64,000 bases of DNA from Kiritimatiellia bacterium (GCA_016783675.1 JADHWE010000001.1:955-64954); one strand, 5' to 3'; positions 1-8,895 are shown, counted from the stretch's first letter. The notes: generated by a model from the sequence alone, not told the origin. Translations and numbers: made by a program.

Positions 1-1003
1 GTTTGAGCCGCCCTTCTTTGTTCGACACGTTCACACGCACCTTGACCGTGCGCGTGGCCTCGTTGAGCACGGGATGAATGAAGGAAATCGTCCCGGCGAA
101 CGTCTCGCCGGGATACGACTCGGTGGTGAACGTCACTTTCTGTCCGTACTTCAGCCACTGCAAATCGGACTCGTAGGCGTCCAAGCTCACCCAAACTTGC
201 GAGAGGTCGGCAATCGTGTAGATGCGCGATCCCGTCTTCACGTACATGCCTTCCTGTGCGTTCTTCTGGATTACGATGCCGCCAGTGGGGGCATAGATGG
301 TCACGTGATCGTCGGCGGTTCCGCGCTTCTCGACGGCCTTGATCTGCTCGGGCGTGAGACCCCAGAGACGCAGCTTCTCGCGTGCGGCCCCGACCGTTGC
401 TTCGGTCGCGTTGCGCACGACAGACACGTCACTTCGTGCGAGATCTTTGGCGGCCTTGATTGTCTGAAGCAGCTCTTCCTGGGCGCTGAGCAGCTCGGGG
501 CTGTACAGCTCTACCATATGGTCGCCCTCGGCGACACGAATACCCGTGTAGTCGACGAAGAGACGGTCCAGCCGACCTGCCACCCAAGCGGTGATGTGCG
601 ACACACGCGTCTCGTCATAGTCAACTTTGCCGACCATGCGCAATTCGGCGGTCACGAAGCGTCGTTCGACCGGGGCTGTCTCAATCTCCATCAATGCCTT
701 GGACGTTTCGCTCACCGTCAGGTCGCGCGGCCCACCCTCATCATCTGAGCCCGAATCCAATGGAATGAGATCCATGAAGCAGATCGGGCATTTGCCGGGG
801 TCGGGCAGTTTGAACTGCGGGTGCATTGAGCACGTCCAGACCGTTGCTTCCGCAGCGGGGGCTTCTGCAAGGGCTCCGTGATCGTGAGCATCGCCACGCG
901 GGTGTCTGGCAGTTCGCCTGCCAGCCCCAAATACAGCCATCAACACGGCAATGATCCCAAGTATCCTGTATGCCGTCTTCTTATTGGGTTTCGGTATATT
1001 CAT
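1..1003 (-). CDS. Efflux RND periplasmic adaptor (membrane fusion protein), CusB/CzcB-like, with an N-terminal Cys-rich metal-binding ribbon. The C-terminus lies outside the window.
   Basis: My own minus-strand translation. It is absent from the ORF track because there is no stop in the window. ATG at 1003: MNIPKPNKKTAYRILGIIAVLMAV... WTCSMHPQFKLPDPGKCPICFMDL ... VELYSPELLSAQEELL ... IYAPTGGIVIQKNAQEGMYVKTGSRIYTIADLSQVWVSLDAYESDLQWLKYGQKVTFTTESYPGETFAGTISFIHPVLNEATRTVKVRVNV. The + ORF 74..748 is its antisense shadow. Confidence 0.85.
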   Translation of the reverse strand, partial: MNIPKPNKKTAYRILGIIAVLMAVFGAGRRTARHPRGDAHDHGALAEAPAAEATVWTCSMHPQFKLPDPGKCPICFMDLIPLDSGSDDEGGPRDLTVSETSKALMEIETAPVERRFVTAELRMVGKVDYDETRVSHITAWVAGRLDRLFVDYTGIRVAEGDHMVELYSPELLSAQEELLQTIKAAKDLARSDVSVVRNATEATVGAAREKLRLWGLTPEQIKAVEKRGTADDHVTIYAPTGGIVIQKNAQEGMYVKTGSRIYTIADLSQVWVSLDAYESDLQWLKYGQKVTFTTESYPGETFAGTISFIHPVLNEATRTVKVRVNVSNKEGRLK

Positions 1004-1033
1004 CGGTCAACTCCCTCCTCACTGTCAGTTTCC

Positions 1034-1537
1034 TCAGTGGCCCAAGAGCACTGTCAGTGCGTGCAGCATCGCGACTGCGCCTGTTGCGAAGGCCAGAGGT
1101 TTGTGTATCTTCAGAAAACGTCGCTTCAGCTTGCGCCGTAGCAACCCGGTAGAAAGTGTCAGAACGAGAAGCGAGAATGTAGCGATGCCGAGTGGCCCTG
1201 TGAAACGGTAGAGCCGCCATCCTGTAGTCGTTCCCGGGGAGTCGTGTCCGTGACCATGCGCGTCGTCCGCTACGTCGGATGGGGCGTCGGCGAACTGGGG
1301 TAGCTTATCCAGGTGCTTCTCGGGGGCCTTCAGGAACTCGCCCTGGCAGAAGTCGCAGCAGAAGTAGACTCGCTCCCCGTGGTGATCGACATAGATGCTT
1401 TCCTTGATGGGATTGCCTTCCATGACCGGGCAGGTGAGTTGCTTTGCCCGATGGCCACCGGTGTCGGCGAGAGCGGGAGCAAGGGTAGCGCCGCCGATGA
1501 TCGCCGCCACCCCTAGAAGACGCGCTGTTCGTTTCAT
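1034..1537 (-). CDS. Exported YHS/TRASH-like metal-binding protein with a His-rich linker and two C-terminal TM helices
   Basis: Signal peptide MKRTARLLGVAAIIGGATLAPALA. One CPVMEG...VYFCCDFC unit. DDAHGHGHD tract. Hydrophobic C-terminus (GIATFSLLVLTLSTGLL, LAFATGAVAMLHALTVLL). Sits between the OMF and MFP genes. Confidence 0.6.
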   Translation of the reverse strand: MKRTARLLGVAAIIGGATLAPALADTGGHRAKQLTCPVMEGNPIKESIYVDHHGERVYFCCDFCQGEFLKAPEKHLDKLPQFADAPSDVADDAHGHGHDSPGTTTGWRLYRFTGPLGIATFSLLVLTLSTGLLRRKLKRRFLKIHKPLAFATGAVAMLHALTVLLGH

Positions 1538-1605
1538 CCTACTTTCTCCTTTCCCGGAAGTGCCGGGCTGCCCGAGGTCGGCAGCCCGACACCGGCATGA
1601 GTCAG

Positions 1606-2112
1606 TTAGTGGTTGTGTCCCTTGTGCTGAGTGTGGCGGGCCTCGCCCTTGGACGGCTTTGGCGTTGTATCTAGGGTTACACCTTCCTTCTCCAACTTCT
1701 TTATGAACTTCTCAGGGTCGGCCTCGATCTTGCCGATGCAGCCGGGGCAGCACACATAGATGCGCTTGCCCTTTACGTCGGTGTACTGCTTCTTGTTGAT
1801 CTTGCCGCCCATGACCGGGCAGGTTGTTTGCAGTTTGGCAACCGTCTCGCCCACGCCTTCGATCTTCTTCGCGTACTTTGCGAAGTCCTTTTGCACGGGC
1901 GCGATGCACCCTTTGCAGCACACATAGATGCGCTGCCCGCCCCGGTCGGCGAAGAGATCTTTGTTGACCTTTCCTCCCATCACGGGGCATGTCGTTTGGA
2001 GCTTGATCTTGGCCTTCTCGGCTTCCTTCGCGTGGCGTCCGTGCGCTTCTTCGGCCTGTGTCGCGCCAGCGACCGCGATCCCCACCAGTATTGCTAGTGC
2101 TACTTTTCTCAT
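1606..2112 (-). CDS. Periplasmic protein with two tandem YHS/TRASH-like repeats and a His-rich C-terminus
   Basis: Signal peptide MRKVALAILVGIAVAGATQA. Two near-identical units: KLQTTCPVMGGKVNKDLFADRGGQRIYVCCKGC and KLQTTCPVMGGKINKKQYTDVKGKRIYVCCPGC. C-terminal HTQHKGHNH. Confidence 0.6.
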   Translation of the reverse strand: MRKVALAILVGIAVAGATQAEEAHGRHAKEAEKAKIKLQTTCPVMGGKVNKDLFADRGGQRIYVCCKGCIAPVQKDFAKYAKKIEGVGETVAKLQTTCPVMGGKINKKQYTDVKGKRIYVCCPGCIGKIEADPEKFIKKLEKEGVTLDTTPKPSKGEARHTQHKGHNH

Positions 2113-3506
2113 TACTCTTCCTCCTCTGTGTCGTGTTCCATGCGCCCCGTTTCGGAGCCTTCGTCGCGTCGTTCTGCCGGTCCCGTCCCGACCTCATTTC
2201 CCGACAACATCTCGATTTCTGCCAATCTCTGTCCCCGGTTAGAGCGGGCGAGCCGTTCTGCAAGCTGGAATTCCAGAAGCAGACGCTGAGCGTCGATCAG
2301 AGAGATAAACGTCACGTTCCCTGCTTCGAACCCCTGACGTGCGACATCCAGAGACTGCCGTCCCATCGGAACCAGGGTGTCGCCATACAGGTCCACCTTT
2401 CTCTTGGCGTCCCTGAAGTGGTAGAGCGCAAGCTCCAATTCCGCCTCAAGGCGTTTACCCGCATCCCCGCGTTCCTGCTCAGCGGCGGTCATCCTCAGGT
2501 GCGCCTCTCGCTCTTCGGCGCGGTACTTGCCGAACCAAATGGGCACGTTCACCGAGACCATCGCCATGACCGGATCTTTGCCGCTATCCGGTGTTGTCGG
2601 GTTCAGTGCTTCGTCCGTATCCACGTAATCGACCCCGAGGCTGATGTCCGGGTAGTAGGCCTTCTTCGCGAGCTTGATGCCCGCCTCTTCCTTCAGAACG
2701 AGATGATCGAGGCGGCGAAGTTCGGGGTTGCTCGCGGCCAGCCACTGCATGGCCTGCGCGTCCGTGAAGGAGGCGGCGAACTCTGGAAGGGCAGTGGGCC
2801 ACGGCAACGGGAGCTGTGTGGAACGGTTGAGCGCGGCATTCAGTTTGGCGACGATAGGTCTCCGCAGTGCTTCCAAAGTTCGCAGCCGATCGTCCAGCTT
2901 CCCGAGCTCAACTTGGGCTTGGACGACGGAACTGTTTGGCGCAGTGCCAGCCTTGAAGCGCGTTCGGGCAACTCCCTCCATGTTCGCGACAAGCCTGATG
3001 TGCTCCTTGGTCACGGCGATCGCCTTTGCCAGGTACCAGTACTCGTAGTAGGCCACCTTTACGCGGTAGAAGAGGGCCAGCTTGGCTTTCTCGTATTCCT
3101 GTCGGGCCGCTGCGGCGGCCTCGGCCATGGCATTTCCCTTCAAGCGCAGCTTGCCGAACCATGGGAACATCTGCGCGATGCCGACTTTCTGCCGCTGTGG
3201 GCCGACACGCGTCTCGACTTCCTCTATATAGTAGGTGTAATTGAAACGCGGATCGGGAAGGCTCTTCGCCTGAGGAATGCGCTCGACGGCGACCCTCCAT
3301 CGGTTGAATGCTGCCTTGAGCCCCGCATTGTTCAGGGCCGCGTGTCGGAGGTAATCCTGCAAGGTTGATTTATCGCCGATTTCTACCGGCTCGGCACCTT
3401 GAGTGTCGCGGCTGAGTGTTTCACTGTGTCTCTGCTCCTGTCCCTGTGAGACAGATGCCGCAAGGAGAATCGCGGTCAGAATCGCGCTGTTCGCTCGCCT
3501 CTTCAT
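2112..3506 (-). CDS. Outer membrane efflux protein (TolC/CusC/CzcC family)
   Basis: 464 aa with a signal peptide. Two-repeat OMF architecture with coiled-coil segments typical of heavy-metal RND outer membrane factors. Overlaps the next gene by 1 nt. The + ORF 2058..3368 is an antisense shadow. Confidence 0.85.
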   Translation of the reverse strand: MKRRANSAILTAILLAASVSQGQEQRHSETLSRDTQGAEPVEIGDKSTLQDYLRHAALNNAGLKAAFNRWRVAVERIPQAKSLPDPRFNYTYYIEEVETRVGPQRQKVGIAQMFPWFGKLRLKGNAMAEAAAAARQEYEKAKLALFYRVKVAYYEYWYLAKAIAVTKEHIRLVANMEGVARTRFKAGTAPNSSVVQAQVELGKLDDRLRTLEALRRPIVAKLNAALNRSTQLPLPWPTALPEFAASFTDAQAMQWLAASNPELRRLDHLVLKEEAGIKLAKKAYYPDISLGVDYVDTDEALNPTTPDSGKDPVMAMVSVNVPIWFGKYRAEEREAHLRMTAAEQERGDAGKRLEAELELALYHFRDAKRKVDLYGDTLVPMGRQSLDVARQGFEAGNVTFISLIDAQRLLLEFQLAERLARSNRGQRLAEIEMLSGNEVGTGPAERRDEGSETGRMEHDTEEEE

Positions 3507-3519
3507 CGCTGGACTCCTC

Positions 3520-3810
3520 TCACTTGCACATCCGCTTCATGACCTTCATCACTTCGCGGAGCTTCTCGTCCATGTCGTCCCTGGACTTGCTCTGGAGCGT
3601 GTTCGTAACGCACGTATCGAGGTGTTTTTCGAGGATTTTGCGGCCTACGGCGCCCAGCGCCGACTGTACCGCCTGCACCTGCGTGATGATGTCGATGCAG
3701 TATTCGCCCTCCTCGACCATGCGCCGGACCCCTCGCACCTGTCCCTCGATCCGCGCCAGCCGCGCCAGGTTCTCTTCGTGTGTGGTTGTGTGTTTCTGTT
3801 TTGCTTTCAT
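3520..3810 (-). CDS. csoR: CsoR/RcnR-family metal-sensing repressor with a Cu(I)-type C-H-C ligand pattern
   Basis: 96 aa. EENLARLARIEGQVRGVRRMVEEGEYCIDIITQVQAV...KHLDTC. Cys, His at +25 and Cys at +29 match the CsoR C36/H61/C65 spacing. Confidence 0.85.
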   Translation of the reverse strand: MKAKQKHTTTHEENLARLARIEGQVRGVRRMVEEGEYCIDIITQVQAVQSALGAVGRKILEKHLDTCVTNTLQSKSRDDMDEKLREVMKVMKRMCK

Positions 3811-3837
3811 GGCACCTCCCTTTCTAAAGCAGGTAAT

Positions 3838-3860
3838 ATACCATATAGGGGTATAGGGTA
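3838..3860. promoter_or_regulatory. CsoR-operator-like pseudo-palindrome ATACCATATAGGGGTATAGGGTA
   Basis: ATACC (3838-3842) and GGTAT (3850-3854) are inverted around a G-tract, 28 nt upstream of the csoR ATG in the csoR/arsR divergent spacer. Confidence 0.45.
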
Positions 3861-3879
3861 AAGATAAATCCAGGCTTTA

Positions 3880-3903
3880 TCATTTTGCTACTTGACCAAA
3901 TGA
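3880..3903. promoter_or_regulatory. Inverted repeat TCATTT-N12-AAATGA, a candidate ArsR operator
   Basis: Perfect 6-bp arms at 3880-3885 and 3898-3903, 26 nt upstream of the arsR ATG. Confidence 0.3.
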
Positions 3904-3928
3904 CCACGCATCAGGCATTCTATTCCCC

Positions 3929-4231
3929 ATGACAGTAGCGACAGGACAGAACATGGCGGCGCGGGCGGAGATCTTTAAGGCCTTGGGGCATCCGGCGCGG
4001 TTGGCCATGGTGGTCGCGATGGGTGATGGCGAGCTGTGCGTGTGCGAGCTGCAGGAGGTCGTGGGCCTCGACATGTCCACGGTCTCCAAGCACCTCACCG
4101 TTCTGCGACACGTGGGATTGGTCGACACCGAGAAGCGCGGCAAACAGGTGTTCTACTCGCTCCGCTGCCAATGCACACTCGGATTTCTCAACTGTGTGGA
4201 CGACGCCCTGAAGGAGCGGCAGCATGGTTGA
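3929..4231 (+). CDS. arsR: ArsR/SmtB-family metalloregulator
   Basis: 100 aa. Winged-HTH with the ELCVCEL arsenite-binding motif. IFKALGHPARLAMV...STVSKHLTVLRHVGLV. Confidence 0.9.
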   Translation: MTVATGQNMAARAEIFKALGHPARLAMVVAMGDGELCVCELQEVVGLDMSTVSKHLTVLRHVGLVDTEKRGKQVFYSLRCQCTLGFLNCVDDALKERQHG

Positions 4232-5531
4232 GTGGAAACAGGAATGGAAGAAGCTCGCGCTGCTGACAGGCGCCTTTCTCATCTGCTTCTATCTGCCCAT
4301 CGGCAGAGAGCGGTTCGATACGGCCGTACTCGAAGCGCTGCACCTGGTGAAGTGGTATGCCCAGGAGCATGTCCTGCTGTGCCTGATTCCGGCCTTCTTC
4401 ATTGCCGGAGCAATCGCCGTCTTCGTAAGCCAGGCTTCCGTCATGAAGTACCTGGGCCCAAGGACGCACAAGCTGCTGGCCTATGGCGTGGCCTCGGTCT
4501 CGGGGACGATCCTGGCCGTATGCTCCTGCACCGTGCTCCCCTTGTTTGCCGGCGTCTATCGCATGGGCGCCGGCTTGGGACCCGCCACGGCGTTTCTGTA
4601 TTCGGGACCGGCCATCAACGTGCTGGCGATTGCCCTCACGGCGCGCGTGCTCGGCGTGAAACTGGGCATCGCGCGGGCCGTAGGTGCGATTGTGTTCAGC
4701 GTTGTGATCGGGCTGCTGATGCACCTGATCTTCCGTAAGGAAGAAGCGGAGAAGGCGGCTGCGCAGGTGGCGATGCCCGAAGCAGAGGTCACGCGTCCCC
4801 TCTGGCAGAACGCGCTCTACTTCTTCACCATGGTCGGCATCCTGGTCTTCGCCAACTGGGCCAAGCCGGTACAGGACACTGGGCTGTGGCATGCCATCTA
4901 CGCCGCCAAGTGGGTGGTTACCGCGCTCTTCTCGATCGCCCTGGCGGTCATACTGGTTGTGTGGTTCGAGATGAAGTGGTGGAAGATGCTCCTGGCTGCG
5001 CTCCCTGCCGGTATCCTCGCCCTACTCTTCCCGCAAGCGCCCATGATCGCGTTTGCCGCGGGTGTGATCGGTCTCTCGACCATCACCAGCACCAGCCACG
5101 ATAACAACGGCGAATGGTTCTCGTCAGCGTGGGGATTCGCAAAGCAGATCATGCCCCTGCTCTTGGCAGGCGTGCTGGTCGCGGGTCTCCTCTTGGGTAG
5201 CCCCTCAAGTACGGACGGCGGACTCATTCCGTCGCGGTGGGTCGCACGGCTGGTCGGCGGCAACTCGCTTTGGGCCAACCTGTTTGCCTCGGTCGTGGGC
5301 GCCTTCATGTATTTTGCCACGCTGACCGAAGTACCAATTCTGCAAGGACTCATCAGCAACGGCATGGGCCGGGGACCAGCCCTCGCGCTGCTGCTGGCGG
5401 GCCCCGCCCTCTCGCTCCCCAACATGCTGGTCATCCGCAGCGTGATGGGAACAAAGAAAACCGTTGTGTTTGTGCTGCTGGTCATCATCATGGCAACGAT
5501 CAGCGGGATTGTGTTCGGATGGATAGCGTAA
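4224..5531 (+). CDS. Polytopic permease of the COG0701/DUF318 (ArsP-like) family
   Basis: 435 aa, about 10 TM. CSCTVLPLFAGVYRMGAGLGPATAFLYSGPAINVLAI motif. Classic neighbourhood: ArsR upstream and a small thioredoxin-fold protein downstream. Confidence 0.75.
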   Translation: MVEWKQEWKKLALLTGAFLICFYLPIGRERFDTAVLEALHLVKWYAQEHVLLCLIPAFFIAGAIAVFVSQASVMKYLGPRTHKLLAYGVASVSGTILAVCSCTVLPLFAGVYRMGAGLGPATAFLYSGPAINVLAIALTARVLGVKLGIARAVGAIVFSVVIGLLMHLIFRKEEAEKAAAQVAMPEAEVTRPLWQNALYFFTMVGILVFANWAKPVQDTGLWHAIYAAKWVVTALFSIALAVILVVWFEMKWWKMLLAALPAGILALLFPQAPMIAFAAGVIGLSTITSTSHDNNGEWFSSAWGFAKQIMPLLLAGVLVAGLLLGSPSSTDGGLIPSRWVARLVGGNSLWANLFASVVGAFMYFATLTEVPILQGLISNGMGRGPALALLLAGPALSLPNMLVIRSVMGTKKTVVFVLLVIIMATISGIVFGWIA

Positions 5532-5545
5532 GAAGGGAATAGCGA

Positions 5546-5782
5546 ATGACAACCAAGATCCAGATCCTGGGCACCGGGTGCCCCAAGTGTAAGCAGCTGG
5601 CCGAGAACGCCGAACAGGCCGCCCGCGATGCCGGCATCGACTACGAGATCGAGAAGATCACTGACATCAACGAGATCATGACGTTCGGCGTGATGATGAC
5701 GCCCGGCATCGCGATCGATGGCGTGGTGAAGTCGAGCGGCAAGCTGCTCAAACCGGATGACATCAAAGCCTTGCTGCAGTAG
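5546..5782 (+). CDS. Small thioredoxin-fold protein (redox-active disulfide protein 2 type)
   Basis: 78 aa. KIQILGTGCPKCKQL CxxC motif. Length and sequence are typical of the family found next to COG0701 permeases. Confidence 0.8.
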   Translation: MTTKIQILGTGCPKCKQLAENAEQAARDAGIDYEIEKITDINEIMTFGVMMTPGIAIDGVVKSSGKLLKPDDIKALLQ

Positions 5783-5802
5783 GCTACCCGCGGAGTATTG
5801 AC

Positions 5803-6219
5803 ATGAAGAACATCTATCGCATCGTGGTGCTGCTTGCCACGGTTGGGGCGGTCGCCACTGTCCTCACCCTCAAAAGCCGCCAGGTGGAGAGCGAACCCGA
5901 AACGAAACAAGAAGCGACTGGCCGGGCCATCCCCCGACTCGTCGACCTCGGCGCCGGGAAATGCGCATCCTGCAAGCTGATGACGCCCGTACTGGCTGCG
6001 CTCAAGCGCGAGTTTGCAGACTCATTCACGACGGAATTCATTGATGTATGGGAGAACCCCGACGCCACCGACAAGTACGGCATCCGCATGATTCCCACGC
6101 AGATATTCTTCGACGCGGCCGGCAAGGAGCTATACCGGCACGAAGGATTCTTCTCCCGGGAAGACATCCTCGCCACGTGGAAACAGCACGGCATCATTCC
6201 GTCACCAACCGTCAATTAG
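5803..6219 (+). CDS. Membrane-anchored (extracytoplasmic) thioredoxin-family protein
   Basis: 138 aa. N-terminal anchor IVVLLATVGAVATVLTL. CASC active site. Trx-fold C-terminus (IRMIPTQIFFD). Confidence 0.75.
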   Translation: MKNIYRIVVLLATVGAVATVLTLKSRQVESEPETKQEATGRAIPRLVDLGAGKCASCKLMTPVLAALKREFADSFTTEFIDVWENPDATDKYGIRMIPTQIFFDAAGKELYRHEGFFSREDILATWKQHGIIPSPTVN

Positions 6220-6247
6220 GTAGGGCCCGCGCTCCGCGCGGGCCGCA
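6219..6247. repeat. REP-like hairpin element, single-arm copy (GGTAGGGCCCGCGCTCCGCGCGGGCCGCA)
   Basis: Stem GGCCCGCGC / GCGCGGGCC with loop TCC. Member of the family also at 7410, 21909, 36310 and 46537. Lies in the 33-nt spacer between the trx-like gene and ccdA. Confidence 0.7.
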
Positions 6248-6252
6248 ATCAC

Positions 6253-6948
6253 ATGCAGGACATCTTCACATTTCTCTCGCACGCGATCGAAGGCACCCCA
6301 CTGATCGCGGCCGGGGCGGCCCTGCTGTGGGGCGTACTGAGCATTGTGCTCAGCCCCTGCCATTTGGCCAGCATTCCGCTGATTATCGGGTTCATCGACA
6401 ACCAGGGCCGCATCTCGACCCGACGCGCCTTCCTCCTGGCGCTCCTTTTCGCGGTAGGGATACTGGTCACGATTGGATTGGTGGGCCTGGCAACTGCAGC
6501 CGCCGGACGCATCCTCGGTGATATGGGGCGCTTCGCCAACTATTTCGTGGCCGCTATCTTCTTCCTGATCGGGCTCCATCTTCTGGACGTCATTCCCCTG
6601 CCCTTCCGGGGGCCCGGACAGGTCAGCATGAAGCGTAAGGGCTTCCTGGCCGCGTTCATCCTCGGACTGGTCTTCGGTCTCGCGCTTGGCCCCTGCACGT
6701 TCGCCTACATGGCACCCATGCTCGCGGTCACCTTCAAGCTGGGCTCAACCAGACCGGCCTACGGCATGCTCCTGCTTCTGCTCTATGGCATTGGCCACTG
6801 CACGCTTATCGTACTTGCCGGCACGTTCACAGAAGTGGTCCAACGCTATCTCAACTGGAACGAGGAATCCCAGGGAACGCTGATCATCAGGAGGGTCTGT
6901 GGCGTGTTGGTATTGCTCGCCGGACTCTACATGCTCTACATCGCCTGA
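6253..6948 (+). CDS. ccdA: CcdA/DsbD-family thiol:disulfide electron-transfer membrane protein
   Basis: 231 aa, 6 TM. Conserved Cys in TM1 (LSPCHLASIPL) and TM4 (LGPCTFAYMAP). Confidence 0.8.
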   Translation: MQDIFTFLSHAIEGTPLIAAGAALLWGVLSIVLSPCHLASIPLIIGFIDNQGRISTRRAFLLALLFAVGILVTIGLVGLATAAAGRILGDMGRFANYFVAAIFFLIGLHLLDVIPLPFRGPGQVSMKRKGFLAAFILGLVFGLALGPCTFAYMAPMLAVTFKLGSTRPAYGMLLLLLYGIGHCTLIVLAGTFTEVVQRYLNWNEESQGTLIIRRVCGVLVLLAGLYMLYIA

Positions 6949-6949
6949 C

Positions 6950-7409
<460 letters not shown>

Positions 7410-7414
<5 letters not shown>

Positions 7415-7438
7415 GGCCCGCTCTCCGAGCGGGCCGCA
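7410..7438. repeat. REP-like hairpin element, single-arm copy (GGTAGGGCCCGCTCTCCGAGCGGGCCGCA)
   Basis: Stem GGCCCGCTC / GAGCGGGCC with loop TCC. The arsC TAG stop (7412-7414) is inside the GGTAGGGC head. Lies between arsC and acr3. Confidence 0.7.
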
Positions 7439-7471
7439 GAAACAGAGCAAGACCAAGAAAGGAACCCAACC

Positions 7472-8653
7472 ATGAGCCAAGACACTAAACAAGCCATGAG
7501 CATCTTCGAACGCTACCTCACCCTCTGGGTGGGGCTATGCATTGCCGTCGGCATTCTGCTGGGCAAGATCGCGCCCAACCTGGCGGGGTTCCTTGACGGT
7601 CTCGCTATCTCGGTCAACGGCGCGCCTGTCGTTTCCATCCCGATTGCCATCTGTCTCTTCTTCATGATGTACCCCATCATGGTGAAGATCGATTTCGCCG
7701 AGGTGGTCAAAGCCGGCAAGAGTGTCAAGCCGGTCGGACTCACGCTCTTCATCAACTGGGCCATCAAGCCGTTCACCATGTTCGGCATCGCCTACCTCTT
7801 CCTCGGCGTCCTTTTCCGCGGCCTGATCGGCCCCGAAGCGACCGACCTGGTCCGGATGCCGTTCGGACTCGACCTCACCCTTGGCGAAACCTACGGTTCC
7901 GGCACCGTGGTGCTGCACGAGGGCATCAAGATGCTCCAGGTTCCGCTCTGGCGCAGCTACTTCGCGGGCTGCATCCTGCTCGGCATCGCGCCCTGTACCG
8001 CCATGGTGCTGGTGTGGGGATTCCTGGCCAAAGGCAACGACGGACATACGCTGGTTATGGTCGCAATCAACTCGCTGACCATGCTCGTCCTCTACGGGGT
8101 GCTGGGCGGATTTCTGCTCGGCGTCGGCAAGCTGCCGGTCCCCTGGCAGGCGCTGCTGCTCTCGATCGGGATCTACGTGGCCCTACCGCTCGTAGCGGGC
8201 TACTTCACGCGCCGCGGGATCATCGGGCATAAGGGCGAGGAATGGTTCAAGGAGAAGTTCCTGCCCGTGCTGACCCCCGTCACGATCAGCGCTTTGCTCC
8301 TCACGCTGGTTCTGCTCTTCTCATTCAAGGGTGAAGTCATTCTGAACAACCCGCTCACCATCCTCTGGATCGCCATCCCGCTCTTCATCCAGACCTGTCT
8401 CATTTTCGCCCTGGGCTACGTCGCGGCCAAGCAGCTCAAGCTCAGCTACGCCGACGCCGCGCCTTCCGCCATGATCGGGGCCTCTAACCACTTCGAGGTC
8501 GCCATCGCCACCGCCACCATGCTTTTCGGCCTCTCCTCCGGCGCCGCCCTCGCCACCGTCGTCGGCGTCCTGATCGAGGTGCCGGTCATGCTGATGCTGG
8601 TGAAGATCTGCGTGAGGACGCAAGGCTGGTTCGCGCAGCCCCCCGAGGCATAA
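7472..8653 (+). CDS. acr3: Arsenite efflux permease, ACR3 family
   Basis: 393 aa. [24 protein letters not shown]...[11 protein letters not shown]...[10 protein letters not shown] are hallmark ACR3 segments. Confidence 0.9.
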   Translation: MSQDTKQAMSIFERYLTLWVGLCIAVGILLGKIAPNLAGFLDGLAISVNGAPVVSIPIAICLFFMMYPIMVKIDFAEVVKAGKSVKPVGLTLFINWAIKPFTMFGIAYLFLGVLFRGLIGPEATDLVRMPFGLDLTLGETYGSGTVVLHEGIKMLQVPLWRSYFAGCILLGIAPCTAMVLVWGFLAKGNDGHTLVMVAINSLTMLVLYGVLGGFLLGVGKLPVPWQALLLSIGIYVALPLVAGYFTRRGIIGHKGEEWFKEKFLPVLTPVTISALLLTLVLLFSFKGEVILNNPLTILWIAIPLFIQTCLIFALGYVAAKQLKLSYADAAPSAMIGASNHFEVAIATATMLFGLSSGAALATVVGVLIEVPVMLMLVKICVRTQGWFAQPPEA

Positions 8654-8661
8654 TTCCGCTA

Positions 8662-8690
8662 TTGCAATCCGTCCGGTGCCTGTATACTAT
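8662..8690 (+). promoter_or_regulatory. Candidate sigma-70-type promoter for the tRNA locus (TTGCAA-N17-TACTAT)
   Basis: -35 at 8662-8667 and -10 at 8685-8690, about 24 nt upstream of the first tRNA-like sequence. Confidence 0.3.
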
Positions 8691-8713
8691 CCCGCGTTTC
8701 ACGTCCAAACGGA

Positions 8714-8790
8714 GTACCCGTAGCTCAATTGGATAGAGCATCCCGATCTCGCATCGGGAAGGTTGCAGCCCCAAGGCGCTCAACGGGATC
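8714..8790 (+). pseudogene. Degenerate tRNA-like sequence related to tRNA-Arg, lacking a T-arm
   Basis: The acceptor 5' strand and D-arm (GTACCCGTAGCTCAATTGGATAGAGCA) are identical to the downstream tRNA-Arg. It has a different anticodon arm (CCCGA-TCTCGCA-TCGGG, with C at position 33). After AGGTTGCAG there is no GTTCRA T-loop. The 3' acceptor CGGGATC pairs at only 5 of 7 positions. Confidence 0.4.
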
Positions 8791-8810
8791 GTTTGACAAC
8801 TTGATTTAGT

Positions 8811-8887
8811 GTACCCGTAGCTCAATTGGATAGAGCACCTGACTACGGATCAGGAGGTTGCAGGTTCGAGCCCTGCCGGGTACGCCA
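8811..8887 (+). tRNA. tRNA-Arg (anticodon ACG), CCA encoded
   Basis: Hand-folded cloverleaf: acceptor GTACCCG/CGGGTAC, D-arm GCTC-AATTGGATA-GAGC, anticodon arm CCTGA-CTACGGA-TCAGG, T-arm GCAGG-TTCGAGC-CCTGC, discriminator G, CCA. Length 77 nt. Confidence 0.9.
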
Positions 8888-8895
8888 CTCACTCA

